A stretch of 64,000 bases of DNA from Candidatus Zhuqueibacterota bacterium (GCA_049322915.1 JBMOPW010000027.1:1558-65557); one strand, 5' to 3'; positions 10,243 to 20,254 are shown, numbered from the stretch's first letter. Made by a program: numbers and translations. Notes: generated by a model not told the origin, from the letters alone.

Positions 10243-11343
10243 ATGGCCATCGTCGTTAAAAATATTCATAAAAAATTTGGCGATTTCGTCGCCGTGGATA
10301 ATGTCAGCTTCGAGGTGAAGGAAGGCGAGTTGGTCGCGCTGTTGGGTCCCAGCGGTTGCGGAAAAAGCACAATCCTCCGTATCATTGCCGGGTTGGAAAC
10401 GCCAGACCGCGGGGAAATTTTTCTGACTGGAAAAGCAGTGACCGGACTCGCTCCGCAGAAGCGAAAAGTCGGTTTTGTTTTTCAACACTACGCTCTTTTC
10501 AAACACATGAATGTGGAGAAAAATATCGCCTTTGGCATGGAAATTCAGAAGAAATCCAGGGCCCATATCGCCGCGCATGTGAAAGAGCTGATCAACCTGG
10601 TCAAACTGCAGGGCTATGAAAAGCATTACCCGGACCAGCTTTCCGGTGGACAGCGCCAGCGGGTGGCGCTCGCAAGGGCATTGGCGACTGAGCCCAAAGT
10701 GCTGCTGCTGGACGAACCGTTCGGCGCCCTGGACGCAAAAGTCCGGGAGAATCTGGCGGAGTGGCTGAGAGATTTTCACAACAAGCTCCATATTACCAGC
10801 ATCTTTGTGACGCATGACCAGAACGAAGCGATCGAAATTGCGGATAAAATTATTGTGATCAATAAAGGCAGTGTGGCGCAGCAAGGGGACGCGCGGCAGG
10901 TATACGAGCATCCGGATAATAAATTCGTGGCGAGCTTCATCGGGCAGGTGAATGTCATCGATGCCGTTGTGAAGTCAGGGGCCATGCAGATCAAGGGCAC
11001 GAACCTGAATCTCAAAATGCCGGAAAACAAAACGCTGAAGGATGGCGATGTTGTTCTGCTCGTGCGTCCCGAGGATGTTTTCATCAATCCCGAAGGTATT
11101 GAAAATAGCGATGTGCCGGCGAGGATTAAGCGCGTTCATTACCGGGGGAATCATAACGAAATCGATTGTGCGGTGAATGGGCTGGAGGTCAAGCTGATCG
11201 ATTATAAAAGAAATGCTGAGTCGGACGCCTGGCTGGAGGATCAAAAAATTTTTCTCAATTTCCGGTCGTTCCGCGTTTTTCAGGCGGAAGAGGGACATGA
11301 ACGATTGCACGAAAGATTGAAAGAGACGGGCTACATCGAATAG
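10243..11343 (+). CDS. cysA: Sulfate/thiosulfate ABC transporter ATP-binding protein CysA
   Basis: Walker A GPSGCGKST, LSGGQRQR signature, Walker B LLLDEP, C-terminal TOBE-like domain. Confidence 0.85.
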   Translation: MAIVVKNIHKKFGDFVAVDNVSFEVKEGELVALLGPSGCGKSTILRIIAGLETPDRGEIFLTGKAVTGLAPQKRKVGFVFQHYALFKHMNVEKNIAFGMEIQKKSRAHIAAHVKELINLVKLQGYEKHYPDQLSGGQRQRVALARALATEPKVLLLDEPFGALDAKVRENLAEWLRDFHNKLHITSIFVTHDQNEAIEIADKIIVINKGSVAQQGDARQVYEHPDNKFVASFIGQVNVIDAVVKSGAMQIKGTNLNLKMPENKTLKDGDVVLLVRPEDVFINPEGIENSDVPARIKRVHYRGNHNEIDCAVNGLEVKLIDYKRNAESDAWLEDQKIFLNFRSFRVFQAEEGHERLHERLKETGYIE

Positions 11344-11521
11344 CAGGAAAGCTGGCTGGTGCGGCAGTTGAGCCGGGAGTTACAAAGATGGTCTGTTCCG
11401 AAAATAGCCCTTCGGTTGCGCCGGTATTGAAAAATCATCCATGAGAACGGGACACCCAAGTTCGGGGATTCCGTGCGAAACCGAAAATGACAATAATTCA
11501 AAACCAATTAAGGAGTAGCGT

Positions 11522-12781
11522 ATGACCAGAATGACAATTAAATTTCTTGCGATGGCAATGATCGTATTGACAGGCACGTTATTACTTCAGGCTCAGGACA
11601 TGTCGTCTTCATTGAAAATCACCGGCCAGATCCGGATGCGCAGCGAAATGGATGACCGTGATTTCAACGGGGATACCCGGGCGAATGATTTCACCCTGTT
11701 GCGGAGCCGTATAAATTTCACGGGCGCGTTCACAGATAAAATAGTCGCATTTGTTCAACTGCAGGACTCGCGCTTGTTTGGCGGTGAGGACACCAGCGGC
11801 GCAACTGGCACGCTCAAAAATACGGCCAATGTGGACATGCGATTGGGGTATGTGCAGATTAACCGATTGTTCTGGCGCGGATTAAATTTCAAATTTGGCA
11901 GAATGGAATTTGCCAGAGGCTCGGAGCGACTGTTGGGGTCCAATCCCTGGAGCAATGTCAGCCGCGCCTTTGACGGAGGCGTCCTGTCGCTCGTGTTCCG
12001 CCGATTCCAGATAGACCTCATGCATGTAACTTTGTACGAATCGAATCGGGTTGAAAATACAACGGATGGCGATCAGGCCTTATCCGGCATGTGGACGACA
12101 GCCCGTTTATCCGATTTGAATGTGCTGGAATTGTACGCGCTGAAAGATACGGATCAACAGATTGATGCGGACGCTCGGAATAAAATGGAACGAGTGACGC
12201 TTGGAAGTCGTTTCAAAGGTAAACTGGGACAGATGGATATCGAATCTGAGTTCAATTGGCAAACAGGGACAATGAATTATTCCAGGGACATTTCGGCTTT
12301 TTACATCACACAATCTTTCGGATATACCTTGCCCACAGCACTGAAGCCCAATATCAAACTTGCCTTCGATTATTTATCCGGCGATAAATCGGATACCGAC
12401 GCCTATGAATGTTTCAACACCCTTTACCCGGCGACGCATCGCTATTTCGGTTATATGGATTATTTCAAGGACATCCCGCGGCACACCCGCGATCTGGGTT
12501 TGCGGGATTGGATGGTGATGACAAAATTCGAGTTGATGAAGAATCTCAGCCTGAAGCTGGACGGTCATTATTTTCAGCTTGCTCAAGTTGCAGTGCTCGA
12601 AGACGGTGCACGGTCGCGACACATGGGCGCGGAGATCGATCTGACGCTGGATTTCACCTATCGCGAAAATGTCCAGTTCAAATTGGGCGGCTCTGTTTTT
12701 CTGCCAGACGCGGTGTATGACGAATGGAAAGGCGGAGACCCTTCCTACTGGTTCTTCGGCCAGACAACCGTTGATTTCTAA
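11522..12781 (+). CDS. Outer-membrane beta-barrel protein (alginate-export/porin-like)
   Basis: Signal peptide, alternating amphipathic beta-strand pattern, C-terminal aromatic residue (..TTVDF). Immediately downstream of the sulfate transporter. Confidence 0.5.
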   Translation: MTRMTIKFLAMAMIVLTGTLLLQAQDMSSSLKITGQIRMRSEMDDRDFNGDTRANDFTLLRSRINFTGAFTDKIVAFVQLQDSRLFGGEDTSGATGTLKNTANVDMRLGYVQINRLFWRGLNFKFGRMEFARGSERLLGSNPWSNVSRAFDGGVLSLVFRRFQIDLMHVTLYESNRVENTTDGDQALSGMWTTARLSDLNVLELYALKDTDQQIDADARNKMERVTLGSRFKGKLGQMDIESEFNWQTGTMNYSRDISAFYITQSFGYTLPTALKPNIKLAFDYLSGDKSDTDAYECFNTLYPATHRYFGYMDYFKDIPRHTRDLGLRDWMVMTKFELMKNLSLKLDGHYFQLAQVAVLEDGARSRHMGAEIDLTLDFTYRENVQFKLGGSVFLPDAVYDEWKGGDPSYWFFGQTTVDF

Positions 12782-12885
12782 ATCGAGATTGAAAAATTTC
12801 CATTGTGAGGGGCCATTGCTTTTCAATCCAGTCGCTTTTTCATTGTAAAATAGAGCGATGAAATTCGATGCGAGTAACAGGCAAA

Positions 12886-13028
12886 GTAACCGTTCACTGG
12901 TTCATCGTTCAAGGATAATGATAACGTACCGTTGATGACGGACTATTTGAGCATAAAAAATGTTTCGCGCAACCAATATCCACAACCCCAACCGGGAATC
13001 CTGAACCCGAAACCTGTGAACAGCTACC
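12886..13028 (+). repeat. Copy A of a ~140-nt conserved element (5' leader of the alpha-galactosidase-like gene)
   Basis: About 85% identical to the reverse complement of 43837-43970. Terminal inverted repeats GTAACCGTTCA / TGAACNGCTACC. Shared core AATGATAACGTACNGTTGATGACGGACTATTTGANCATAAAAAATG. Confidence 0.6.
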
Positions 13029-13098
13029 AGGTAACTGAATGAAGATTTTACAATTTCAGGGGGATTTATATCTGCGTACTGGTAAAGAGGAGAAAAGT

Positions 13099-15330
13099 AT
13101 GGTCAACAAAAAAGGAGATTTGATCTTTCGGTCCAATTTCTGGCTATTGTGTCTCGCCATCATTTCTGGCGCGTTACTGTCCTGCGCAGCGCCGAACCTG
13201 GAAATGGAGGGCTGGTTCATTTCGCCCAATATTCAACAGGAAACGGTGGAGATTCGCCACGCGCAGTTGGGCATCCTCGTCAGGGAAGTCAAGCTCTACC
13301 TGAATCAGGGAGGGGCGCAGATCGAGTGTCGCCGCTGGAATGCGCAGCAGGGACAAGACCACCTGATCATTCAGACGCAAGAGCCTCAATCGCTGGAGTG
13401 GACGTTCCGGGTCACACAACATGGCGTAAATATCGATTGTTCAGCCGAAAATGGGCTCGTGTCCGGCGTGGCGCCGGCAACCAGGGACAGAATTCCGGCC
13501 CGACAGGAAGACCAGGACAATGGCGTCCTGTACACGTCCCTGGGATTGGTGACCGCGAGCAATATCCACTGTCTGTTTGATCGGAACACGGATACAATGA
13601 TTCAATTCGCGGAGAAGAGCCGCCTGACTCGCGGGACAGAGCAGGCGGATCGGATGACAATCGCCGTGCCGCTGAGCGCCGGCGATGAAATTTCAATCAT
13701 CCCGGATTATTACATCAACGTGCTGAAGCTGAAATTTTACAAACCGAAACCCACCCGATTTGTGACAGCGCCGGTTGCGTGGAGTAGCTGGTATTGTTAT
13801 TACATGGGGACGACCGAGGCGGATATGATTACCGAGACCGATGCTATCGCCAAACATCTCGCGTCCTACGGCCTGGAATATATTCAACTGGACGCCTGCT
13901 ACACCCTGGGCGATGACGCCAATTATCTCGACTGGACGAAAACGACCTTCCCCCATGGCGGCAAATGGCTGTTCGAATATATCAAGAACAAGGGGTTGAA
14001 ACCGGCGCTCTGGGTGAATATTTACGGTTCCAATTATGCCCAAGCGGAATGCGCGGACAAGTATCCGGAAAATTATTACCTGCGCGATGTGCGCGGCAAT
14101 CTCTCCGGCGCTTGCTGCACCGGCGACACCAGCGAGGTGAGGCTCGATTACACCAATCCCGAAGTCATTGAAAAACATCTGAAACCCATGTTCCGAATTT
14201 TGAAAGACGAATGGGGACTGGAGTATCTCAAAGATGCCGGCTGGGGGACATGGATGGATTTTTATGACAGGAACAAATCCATGGCGTTTGATTCCACCCG
14301 CGGCAGCCGGGAGGTCTATCTTGAAGCGCAGCGCGCGCTTCGGGAGACGCTGGGCGATGACGTCTACATTGGCGGCTGCGCCATGCACGAAGTCGGATTG
14401 GGCTTTGACATCTTCGACGGCTCGCGGATTGGCGCAGATGTGGCAGCGCACTGGTATCCTCCAAAACCGGGGGACATGTCCATGCAGACATTTTTCCATT
14501 CATTGTTCGGAGCGAATTATTTGAACAACATCACCTGGCACTGCGACCCGGATGCAGCCATGGTGCGAAATCCCCTGAGTCTGGAAGAGGGCAGGACCAT
14601 TGTCACGGCCATTGCGCTGACCGGCCAACTGTATATGGCCAGCGATTTTATGGCGCGATTGCCGGAGCGAAAATTGGAACTGTACCAGAAAACCATGCCC
14701 ACAACGCCGATTGTGCCCATCGATCTGTATCCCTACCGAATCGAATCCAACAAACGGGATGGCGTTGTCTGGTGTTGTCCGCAAGTGAAGGAATTCCCGA
14801 AAGCCATCGATCTGAAAGTGAACAATGTCACCGGCGTGTACGATGTGGCGGCTATGTTCAACTGGAGCGACGCGCCCGATACCTGCCAGTTGCGCTTCAG
14901 CGCTGATCTGGGTTTGGATGAAAATAAAGACTATGTGGTATTCGATTTCTGGGAACAGGCATATTTGGGAAAAGCGCGCGATCAAATCCGCGCGGTGGCG
15001 CCGGCGCATGGGACAAAGACGTTCGTCATTCGCGAGGCAAAAAATCAACCCCAGGTGCTGGCCAATTCGCGGCACATTACCGGAGACGTCAGCATGAAAG
15101 CAGTGAAATGGGATGCATCGCTGGCGACGTTGAGCGGCGCTTCGGAAATTGTTCCCGGCGCGCCCTATTCGCTATTCATTCATCTCCCCAATGGCGAACA
15201 GGTGAAAACCGTCACGGCGGATGTGGAGGTCTTGTATCACACGTCGGCCGGAGAACTGCTGGAAGTGAAATTGAGCGGCGTTTTGAAACCAGGTCAAAGC
15301 CATACTGTGAACTGGTCGGTTGCGTTTTGA
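13099..15330 (+). CDS. Glycoside hydrolase, alpha-galactosidase-like (clan GH-D, GH27/GH36-related)
   Basis: VAWSSWYCYY and GLEYIQLDACYT resemble the MGWNSWN and GYEYxxIDDCW regions of melibiase-type enzymes. Signal peptide present. Start set at ATG 13099, which has a good RBS. Confidence 0.45.
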   Translation: MVNKKGDLIFRSNFWLLCLAIISGALLSCAAPNLEMEGWFISPNIQQETVEIRHAQLGILVREVKLYLNQGGAQIECRRWNAQQGQDHLIIQTQEPQSLEWTFRVTQHGVNIDCSAENGLVSGVAPATRDRIPARQEDQDNGVLYTSLGLVTASNIHCLFDRNTDTMIQFAEKSRLTRGTEQADRMTIAVPLSAGDEISIIPDYYINVLKLKFYKPKPTRFVTAPVAWSSWYCYYMGTTEADMITETDAIAKHLASYGLEYIQLDACYTLGDDANYLDWTKTTFPHGGKWLFEYIKNKGLKPALWVNIYGSNYAQAECADKYPENYYLRDVRGNLSGACCTGDTSEVRLDYTNPEVIEKHLKPMFRILKDEWGLEYLKDAGWGTWMDFYDRNKSMAFDSTRGSREVYLEAQRALRETLGDDVYIGGCAMHEVGLGFDIFDGSRIGADVAAHWYPPKPGDMSMQTFFHSLFGANYLNNITWHCDPDAAMVRNPLSLEEGRTIVTAIALTGQLYMASDFMARLPERKLELYQKTMPTTPIVPIDLYPYRIESNKRDGVVWCCPQVKEFPKAIDLKVNNVTGVYDVAAMFNWSDAPDTCQLRFSADLGLDENKDYVVFDFWEQAYLGKARDQIRAVAPAHGTKTFVIREAKNQPQVLANSRHITGDVSMKAVKWDASLATLSGASEIVPGAPYSLFIHLPNGEQVKTVTADVEVLYHTSAGELLEVKLSGVLKPGQSHTVNWSVAF

Positions 15331-15346
15331 TTGAAATGAAAATGAC

Positions 15347-15383
15347 GCCCGGGCGTTGCTCCGGAATGCCCGGGCTTTTTTTT
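15347..15383 (+). terminator. Rho-independent terminator after the GH gene
   Basis: GCCCGGGC stem (15347-15354 with 15368-15375), 13-nt loop, then T8. Confidence 0.6.
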
Positions 15384-15405
15384 CGTGGGAGAGGAATTTG
15401 CATCG

Positions 15406-16110
15406 ATGAAAAAATTGCAGTGTGCCATGCTGCTTCTCGTCGCGTTGACCGTTTCGAATCTGCGAGCGTCGGAAGCATTGAAGGCGAATCCAGCGGTATT
15501 CGATTTCGGGACGATTCGGGAAGGGCAGCATGCGCCGGTCAGGTTTTCGGTGACCAATGCCGGGACGAAGTCCATCGCCATTCGTGAAATTCGCACCTTT
15601 GCTGCCTGCATCGAGTCGAAGCCGGCGCCGATGCAGACGCTGAAGCCAGGAGCAACGCTGGACCTCGGCTATGTGTTCGCAAGCCTGGGCTATGGCGGCG
15701 TTCGCGTCGACAAGAAAATTGAAATTCACTACAACGATTCCGATGTTTTGACGCTCCGGGTGACCGGCCAGGTATTGGCCCTGGAAAAATATCAGGCGCC
15801 GCCGGGTGAACTGGCGTATAATTTTTTTGCATTGGTGGATATTCGACCCAAAAAAGACTTTGTCTCGGAGCATATCCTCGGCGCGATTCACGTGCCGGAA
15901 GAAAAACTGTTTCGATGGGCTGATTCCATTGCCGGAAGCCTCAGCGGCGATCTGGTCATTTATCTCTGCTGTGGGGATGGCCAGCGCAGCGATGTCTGCG
16001 CGTTGCAATTGCGCAATAAAGGGTATCAGCAATTCGTCAGCCTGGTCGGCGGTTTGAAAGAATGGAAAATACAGCAAAACGAAAAATGGCTGATCCCCGG
16101 CGAACATTGA
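15406..16110 (+). CDS. DUF1573 domain protein fused to a rhodanese-like domain
   Basis: Signal peptide. N-terminal DUF1573-like beta region (FDFGTIREGQ..). C-terminal rhodanese fold with active-site Cys in CCGDGQRS. Confidence 0.6.
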   Translation: MKKLQCAMLLLVALTVSNLRASEALKANPAVFDFGTIREGQHAPVRFSVTNAGTKSIAIREIRTFAACIESKPAPMQTLKPGATLDLGYVFASLGYGGVRVDKKIEIHYNDSDVLTLRVTGQVLALEKYQAPPGELAYNFFALVDIRPKKDFVSEHILGAIHVPEEKLFRWADSIAGSLSGDLVIYLCCGDGQRSDVCALQLRNKGYQQFVSLVGGLKEWKIQQNEKWLIPGEH

Positions 16111-16250
16111 AAAAAACCATGCCTGCGATTGGAGCGGCCGAACGCAGGTCGTGAGACCGGCGCGATGAATGCAGCGCCGGGATTTGACAATCCCGGACGG
16201 CGCTGTCGAAGAATTGCCATCGAGGTCATCTCACCGATTCGATACCGACT

Positions 16251-17351
16251 ATGAAAACGTGCGTCATTTCTATCACACTGTTGCTCGCGCTCTTTCTCTG
16301 CGTTGATTCCTCAGCCCAGGAACTGGTGTTCTTCCATGAGAAAGGCTGCCCGGAATGCGCTCACATCGAACAATTTCTCAAGGAGCGGATCGTTCCGTTT
16401 TATCCCATCCAAATCACCCGGCTGGAGATTCACCAGGGCGCCAATGCAGAGAAGATGATGCAGTTGGCGCGCGTTTATCGATCGGACGCGATTCTGGAAA
16501 AAGGGACGCCGGCGATTTTCATTGGGGAGAGCGCCTTCCAGGGATGCAATCGAACCGTGCAGCGAAATATTGAGCAGGCAGTCAGAACTGCAATCAGCAG
16601 CCAGGCTGTCTCGCCGTTGACTTTGCTTCGCCCTGATGAAAAGAAAAATCTTTCCTTGCGAATCACGCTGCCAGCCCTTGTCAGCGCGGCAGCCGTGGAC
16701 GCCATCAATCCCTGCGCCTTTGCCGTGCTGGTCTTGCTATTGGGTACGATTCTGTTGGCCACGCACCGGAACCGCAAAGCGATATTGGGCGCCGGGTTCG
16801 CCTTCACTGCTGCGTGCTATATCTCCTATTATCTGATGGGAGTCGGGCTGTTCTCGGCGGTTCAAATCACCGGATTCCAGCATGCGGTCTACGTGATTGT
16901 TTCGGTTCTGGCACTCGTCATTGGCATCTGGAATATCAAAGACTATTTCTGGCCGGGCCGCTGGTTCAGCATTGAAGTGCCAAAATCCTGGCAGCCAACG
17001 TTGAAGAAAATTACATCGAACATCACATCGGCGCCCGGGGCGTTCGGCGCCGGCATCGTGATCAGCCTGTTTTTACTTCCGTGCACGTCCGGGCCGTACG
17101 TGGTGATCATTGGAATGCTCAGCAGTATGGCGACGCGGACTCAGGCGCTCGCGCTGCTGGCGCTGTACAATGTCATTTTTGTCCTGCCGTTTGTCCTGAT
17201 CACTCTGGGGATTGGATTTGGTTTCACCACCACGGCGCGGGTTGAAATGTGGCGACAGTCCAGCCTGCAGAAATTGCATGTCATCACCGGGATTATCATG
17301 GTTGCGTTGGGGATTAGCATGTTGGCGCTGGCAGTCGCCGGCGTGATTTGA
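16251..17351 (+). CDS. Thioredoxin-like domain fused to CcdA/DsbD-family thiol-disulfide transporter
   Basis: N-terminal CPEC thioredoxin motif. Polytopic membrane domain with the two conserved cysteines (NPCAF.. and LPCTSGP). Confidence 0.65.
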   Translation: MKTCVISITLLLALFLCVDSSAQELVFFHEKGCPECAHIEQFLKERIVPFYPIQITRLEIHQGANAEKMMQLARVYRSDAILEKGTPAIFIGESAFQGCNRTVQRNIEQAVRTAISSQAVSPLTLLRPDEKKNLSLRITLPALVSAAAVDAINPCAFAVLVLLLGTILLATHRNRKAILGAGFAFTAACYISYYLMGVGLFSAVQITGFQHAVYVIVSVLALVIGIWNIKDYFWPGRWFSIEVPKSWQPTLKKITSNITSAPGAFGAGIVISLFLLPCTSGPYVVIIGMLSSMATRTQALALLALYNVIFVLPFVLITLGIGFGFTTTARVEMWRQSSLQKLHVITGIIMVALGISMLALAVAGVI

Positions 17352-17542
17352 TGTTCCAAAATGCAAGGGCGGAAGGTGGATTCTCTGCGAGTCAGTGAAC
17401 AAGGAGAACAACAGGGCGGTTAGACAGATGGGCGCTGCGCAGAACCGCTCCGGACTGTTTAGTCAGGACAGACGCAGCAAAAGAGTACCGGCGCGGTTCA
17501 ATATCCGGGAGAAATTTGTCCTCTCGCCAATGGAAAGCTTAT

Positions 17543-17575
17543 AAAAAAAGCAGGTAATCAGACTACCTGCTTTTT
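17543..17575. terminator. Bidirectional rho-independent terminator between convergent genes
   Basis: A-run, GCAGGTA stem, 7-nt loop, TACCTGC stem, T-run. Confidence 0.55.
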
Positions 17576-17604
17576 CTTCCCGGGCATTAGTTCTCAGGCA
17601 TGCA

Positions 17605-18444
17605 TCAGTTCGCTTTTCGAATGAATATATCTCCATTGAACGAGTTGAACAGTATTTCCGGGCCGCCGCCGTTTATTTTTACCAATATGCCGGATTCGAA
17701 ACTGATGCGATACTTGCCCCCTTCGCTCCGTTTGTCTTCCTTCAAAAAATCCTTCACAACTTCCTGCTGAGACAGATCGAAATCGCTGTAGATTTCGCCC
17801 TGGTTCGATTTGAGTTTCGCGTTCGCCTTGAAGTTCGATGGAAAAGTGACATCAATATCGCCGTTCATTGAACTGAACGACATGGTTTTACTGGGATCCA
17901 CGCGGTTGAACAGGACGACGACATCTTTATTCAATGAATGAGCCACCACCGAGCCTGAGACGTTCTTCAAGACAACCCCGCCATTGATATTATTCGCCTC
18001 GAGCTCCCCTTCCACATTTTCCACGCGAATATCGCCGTTGTTCAGACAACTCAATTTGAGAGAAGTTTTCACCGGAACTTTGACCGTGAGGTCGATGGCG
18101 CGCCGCCAGGATTCTACGTTGATTTCCAACACGTTATTCTCTTCCTCCACAGAAAGCCCGGTGGTCAGCACCTGGATTTTTTTCATGCCTTTGGCTTTAT
18201 CTTTGATCTCGTTCTCCTCGCCCTCAAGTTTTTTCGTGCGGGCCGTGGCTTCAATAATGACCTCTTTGCCATCATAGCCGGTCACGGAAAGGCTGCCTGA
18301 GATCAATCCGACTTCGACAGTCCCAGGTTTTGAAGGATCGCTGAAAGCAACGGACAGCCGATCCATGATTGGCTCCTGGGCATTGCTCTGAGTTACCAAC
18401 ACAAGCGACAACATCAGCCATGCAAATATAAGTATGCGTTTCAT
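17605..18444 (-). CDS. DUF4097 family putative adhesin / beta-helix lipoprotein
   Basis: Signal peptide. Repeated G-[SD]-[IL]-x-V beta-solenoid-like pattern typical of DUF4097. Last gene of the ECF operon. Confidence 0.5.
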   Translation of the reverse strand: MKRILIFAWLMLSLVLVTQSNAQEPIMDRLSVAFSDPSKPGTVEVGLISGSLSVTGYDGKEVIIEATARTKKLEGEENEIKDKAKGMKKIQVLTTGLSVEEENNVLEINVESWRRAIDLTVKVPVKTSLKLSCLNNGDIRVENVEGELEANNINGGVVLKNVSGSVVAHSLNKDVVVLFNRVDPSKTMSFSSMNGDIDVTFPSNFKANAKLKSNQGEIYSDFDLSQQEVVKDFLKEDKRSEGGKYRISFESGILVKINGGGPEILFNSFNGDIFIRKAN

Positions 18445-18569
18445 TTTAAACCTCCACAGTTATAGTTAATAATTATTGGCAGTTTGAAAATATGGATTCA
18501 GAGGTTTCCTGTGATGCTTCTGATTCCACTGACCTGAAAAATTTACCCGTTGTGACCGGGCGTTCAGGT

Positions 18570-19436
18570 TCACCGTTCCAGTATTTGAATATCGCCATTG
18601 AATCCATCCAGTTCAATGAGTGGACCGCCATTGCCAGTTCGCAGCGATGTGGCGCGCTCCGCTTTATAGACGAATTTTCCATTTTCCTTCTGTTGAACCG
18701 AGGTCGCCAGGGGCAGGTAGGTCATCGAAAAGTCGGTGAACGCATCGCCGTTGAACGTCTTGATTTTAAAATCAGCCGAAAGACCGCTGCGAAAGGCGAC
18801 AATCACATCCCCATTCAGCGAACCGAAATAGCAACCCTCCGAGGGATTTTTCTCGAATTCAATGCGCGTATCTTTATTCAACGAATAGGCTTTGCCTGAG
18901 CCGGAAATTGCTTTCATCGTGACAGCGCCGTTGATATTATTGACTTCGAAATTTCCGCGCACGCCGGTCACCACAATATCTCCGTCATTGATCGTCTTCA
19001 GCACGAGGTCGGTCTCGAATGGGACGCTGATCTGGTAGCTAAAACTGACTTTGTATCGGTAGTGCTTCCAGCCGCGATAATTGACAGACCCGTCGTGCTT
19101 GCGATACGGCGCATCCACGTAGAGTGAGATGAAATTATTTTTCTCGGTGATATCGAGCACTTCGACGCTATCCGCCTCATTAATCTTTTCTTCCGATTCG
19201 GCCACAATTGTTTTGTGCACCACAATTTCGACGTCATCCCGGTTCTGGCCAACGACGTTGATGCTGCCGTTCATGTTATCCACTTCCAACTCCTTGGATC
19301 CCCGGGGGTTGGAGAACTTCAACGTTTTGGTTATCACTTCCTTTTTTTCCACTTCAGCGCCCTGGACTTCGCTGAGTGCAAACAGAATGAAAATCGCCAG
19401 CACAGGGTATATTTTCTTTTTCATAAAATCCTCCAT
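18570..19436 (-). CDS. DUF4097 family putative adhesin (paralog)
   Basis: Signal peptide. Same repeat pattern as the 17605-18444 gene. Stop overlaps the anti-sigma start region. Confidence 0.5.
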   Translation of the reverse strand: MEDFMKKKIYPVLAIFILFALSEVQGAEVEKKEVITKTLKFSNPRGSKELEVDNMNGSINVVGQNRDDVEIVVHKTIVAESEEKINEADSVEVLDITEKNNFISLYVDAPYRKHDGSVNYRGWKHYRYKVSFSYQISVPFETDLVLKTINDGDIVVTGVRGNFEVNNINGAVTMKAISGSGKAYSLNKDTRIEFEKNPSEGCYFGSLNGDVIVAFRSGLSADFKIKTFNGDAFTDFSMTYLPLATSVQQKENGKFVYKAERATSLRTGNGGPLIELDGFNGDIQILER

Positions 19437-20254
19437 TAGAGCAACTGTTTAAGGCCGGTCTCGGCCCTTTGTTTGACGTTGGTGTCAAGGTTGTTCTTTT
19501 CAATCACATGTTTCAGCGCATCGATGGACTTTTTCTCACGGATTTCCGTGAGCAGGTCGATCAATGCAATTTGCACCAATGGAGAGGTCTGTCCGGCCAA
19601 CGACTCAATGAGTCCGCTGCGCACCCGCGCGTGGTTGCGAAACAGATAGAGCGCATCAACGGCAGCCAGACGGACATTCACATTGGGATCGGTGTTCAGC
19701 GTCTGAAGCAATGAGGTCAGGAGTTCGCCGCCCGGTTGTGCAGCCTGGGCGCCCAGACTTATACCGTGCAGCCGTTCGGTGGGCGAATCCTGCCTGAGCA
19801 GCGAGATTGCCGTCACCTCTCGCATGTGTTGCATCTCCTTTTGGAGCGCCACGATGTCGTACGAAAGCGGTTTTGCCGAATGAGCAATAATGCCAATCAA
19901 CAAACCGACGAGCAGACACGCGACGGCCGATGCAAATTGAACCAGAGGCTGCCCGGGCCACCACGTTCCTATCCATCCGTTCAGGCGCTCCAACAGCGTG
20001 GCGCGACTGTCGCTGTGGTGCATTCCCTGTTTGTACGCGGCCAGCATCGCATCGAAACCGGGGCGCAAATTACGTTCGGGGATCTGCTCCGGCAGCGCAC
20101 CCAATTCACGCCACAACCCGCTCAGCGCGTCGAACTCCGCCCGGCAGGTGCGGCATTGGTCGAGGTGCGCCTGAATTGCTGCCGAGGCGCTCTCATTCAA
20201 TTCGCCCAATAGCAAATCGGCCAGCATTTCCTGTACGTCGTTGCATTTCATCAT
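19436..20254 (-). CDS. Anti-sigma factor (zf-HC2 N-terminus, one TM helix, periplasmic HEAT repeats)
   Basis: HLDQCRTCRAEF zinc-finger motif, hydrophobic helix LVQFASAVACLLVGLLIGII, C-terminal HEAT-like repeats. 4-nt overlap with the ECF sigma gene. Confidence 0.6.
   Translation of the reverse strand: MMKCNDVQEMLADLLLGELNESASAAIQAHLDQCRTCRAEFDALSGLWRELGALPEQIPERNLRPGFDAMLAAYKQGMHHSDSRATLLERLNGWIGTWWPGQPLVQFASAVACLLVGLLIGIIAHSAKPLSYDIVALQKEMQHMREVTAISLLRQDSPTERLHGISLGAQAAQPGGELLTSLLQTLNTDPNVNVRLAAVDALYLFRNHARVRSGLIESLAGQTSPLVQIALIDLLTEIREKKSIDALKHVIEKNNLDTNVKQRAETGLKQLL

Noticed and set aside
15364-15380. GG-N10-GC sigma-54-like spacing (GGGAGAGGAATTTGCA) upstream of the DUF1573-rhodanese gene.
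   Set aside because: Overlaps the terminator and lies only ~6 nt before the start codon, which is incompatible with promoter geometry.
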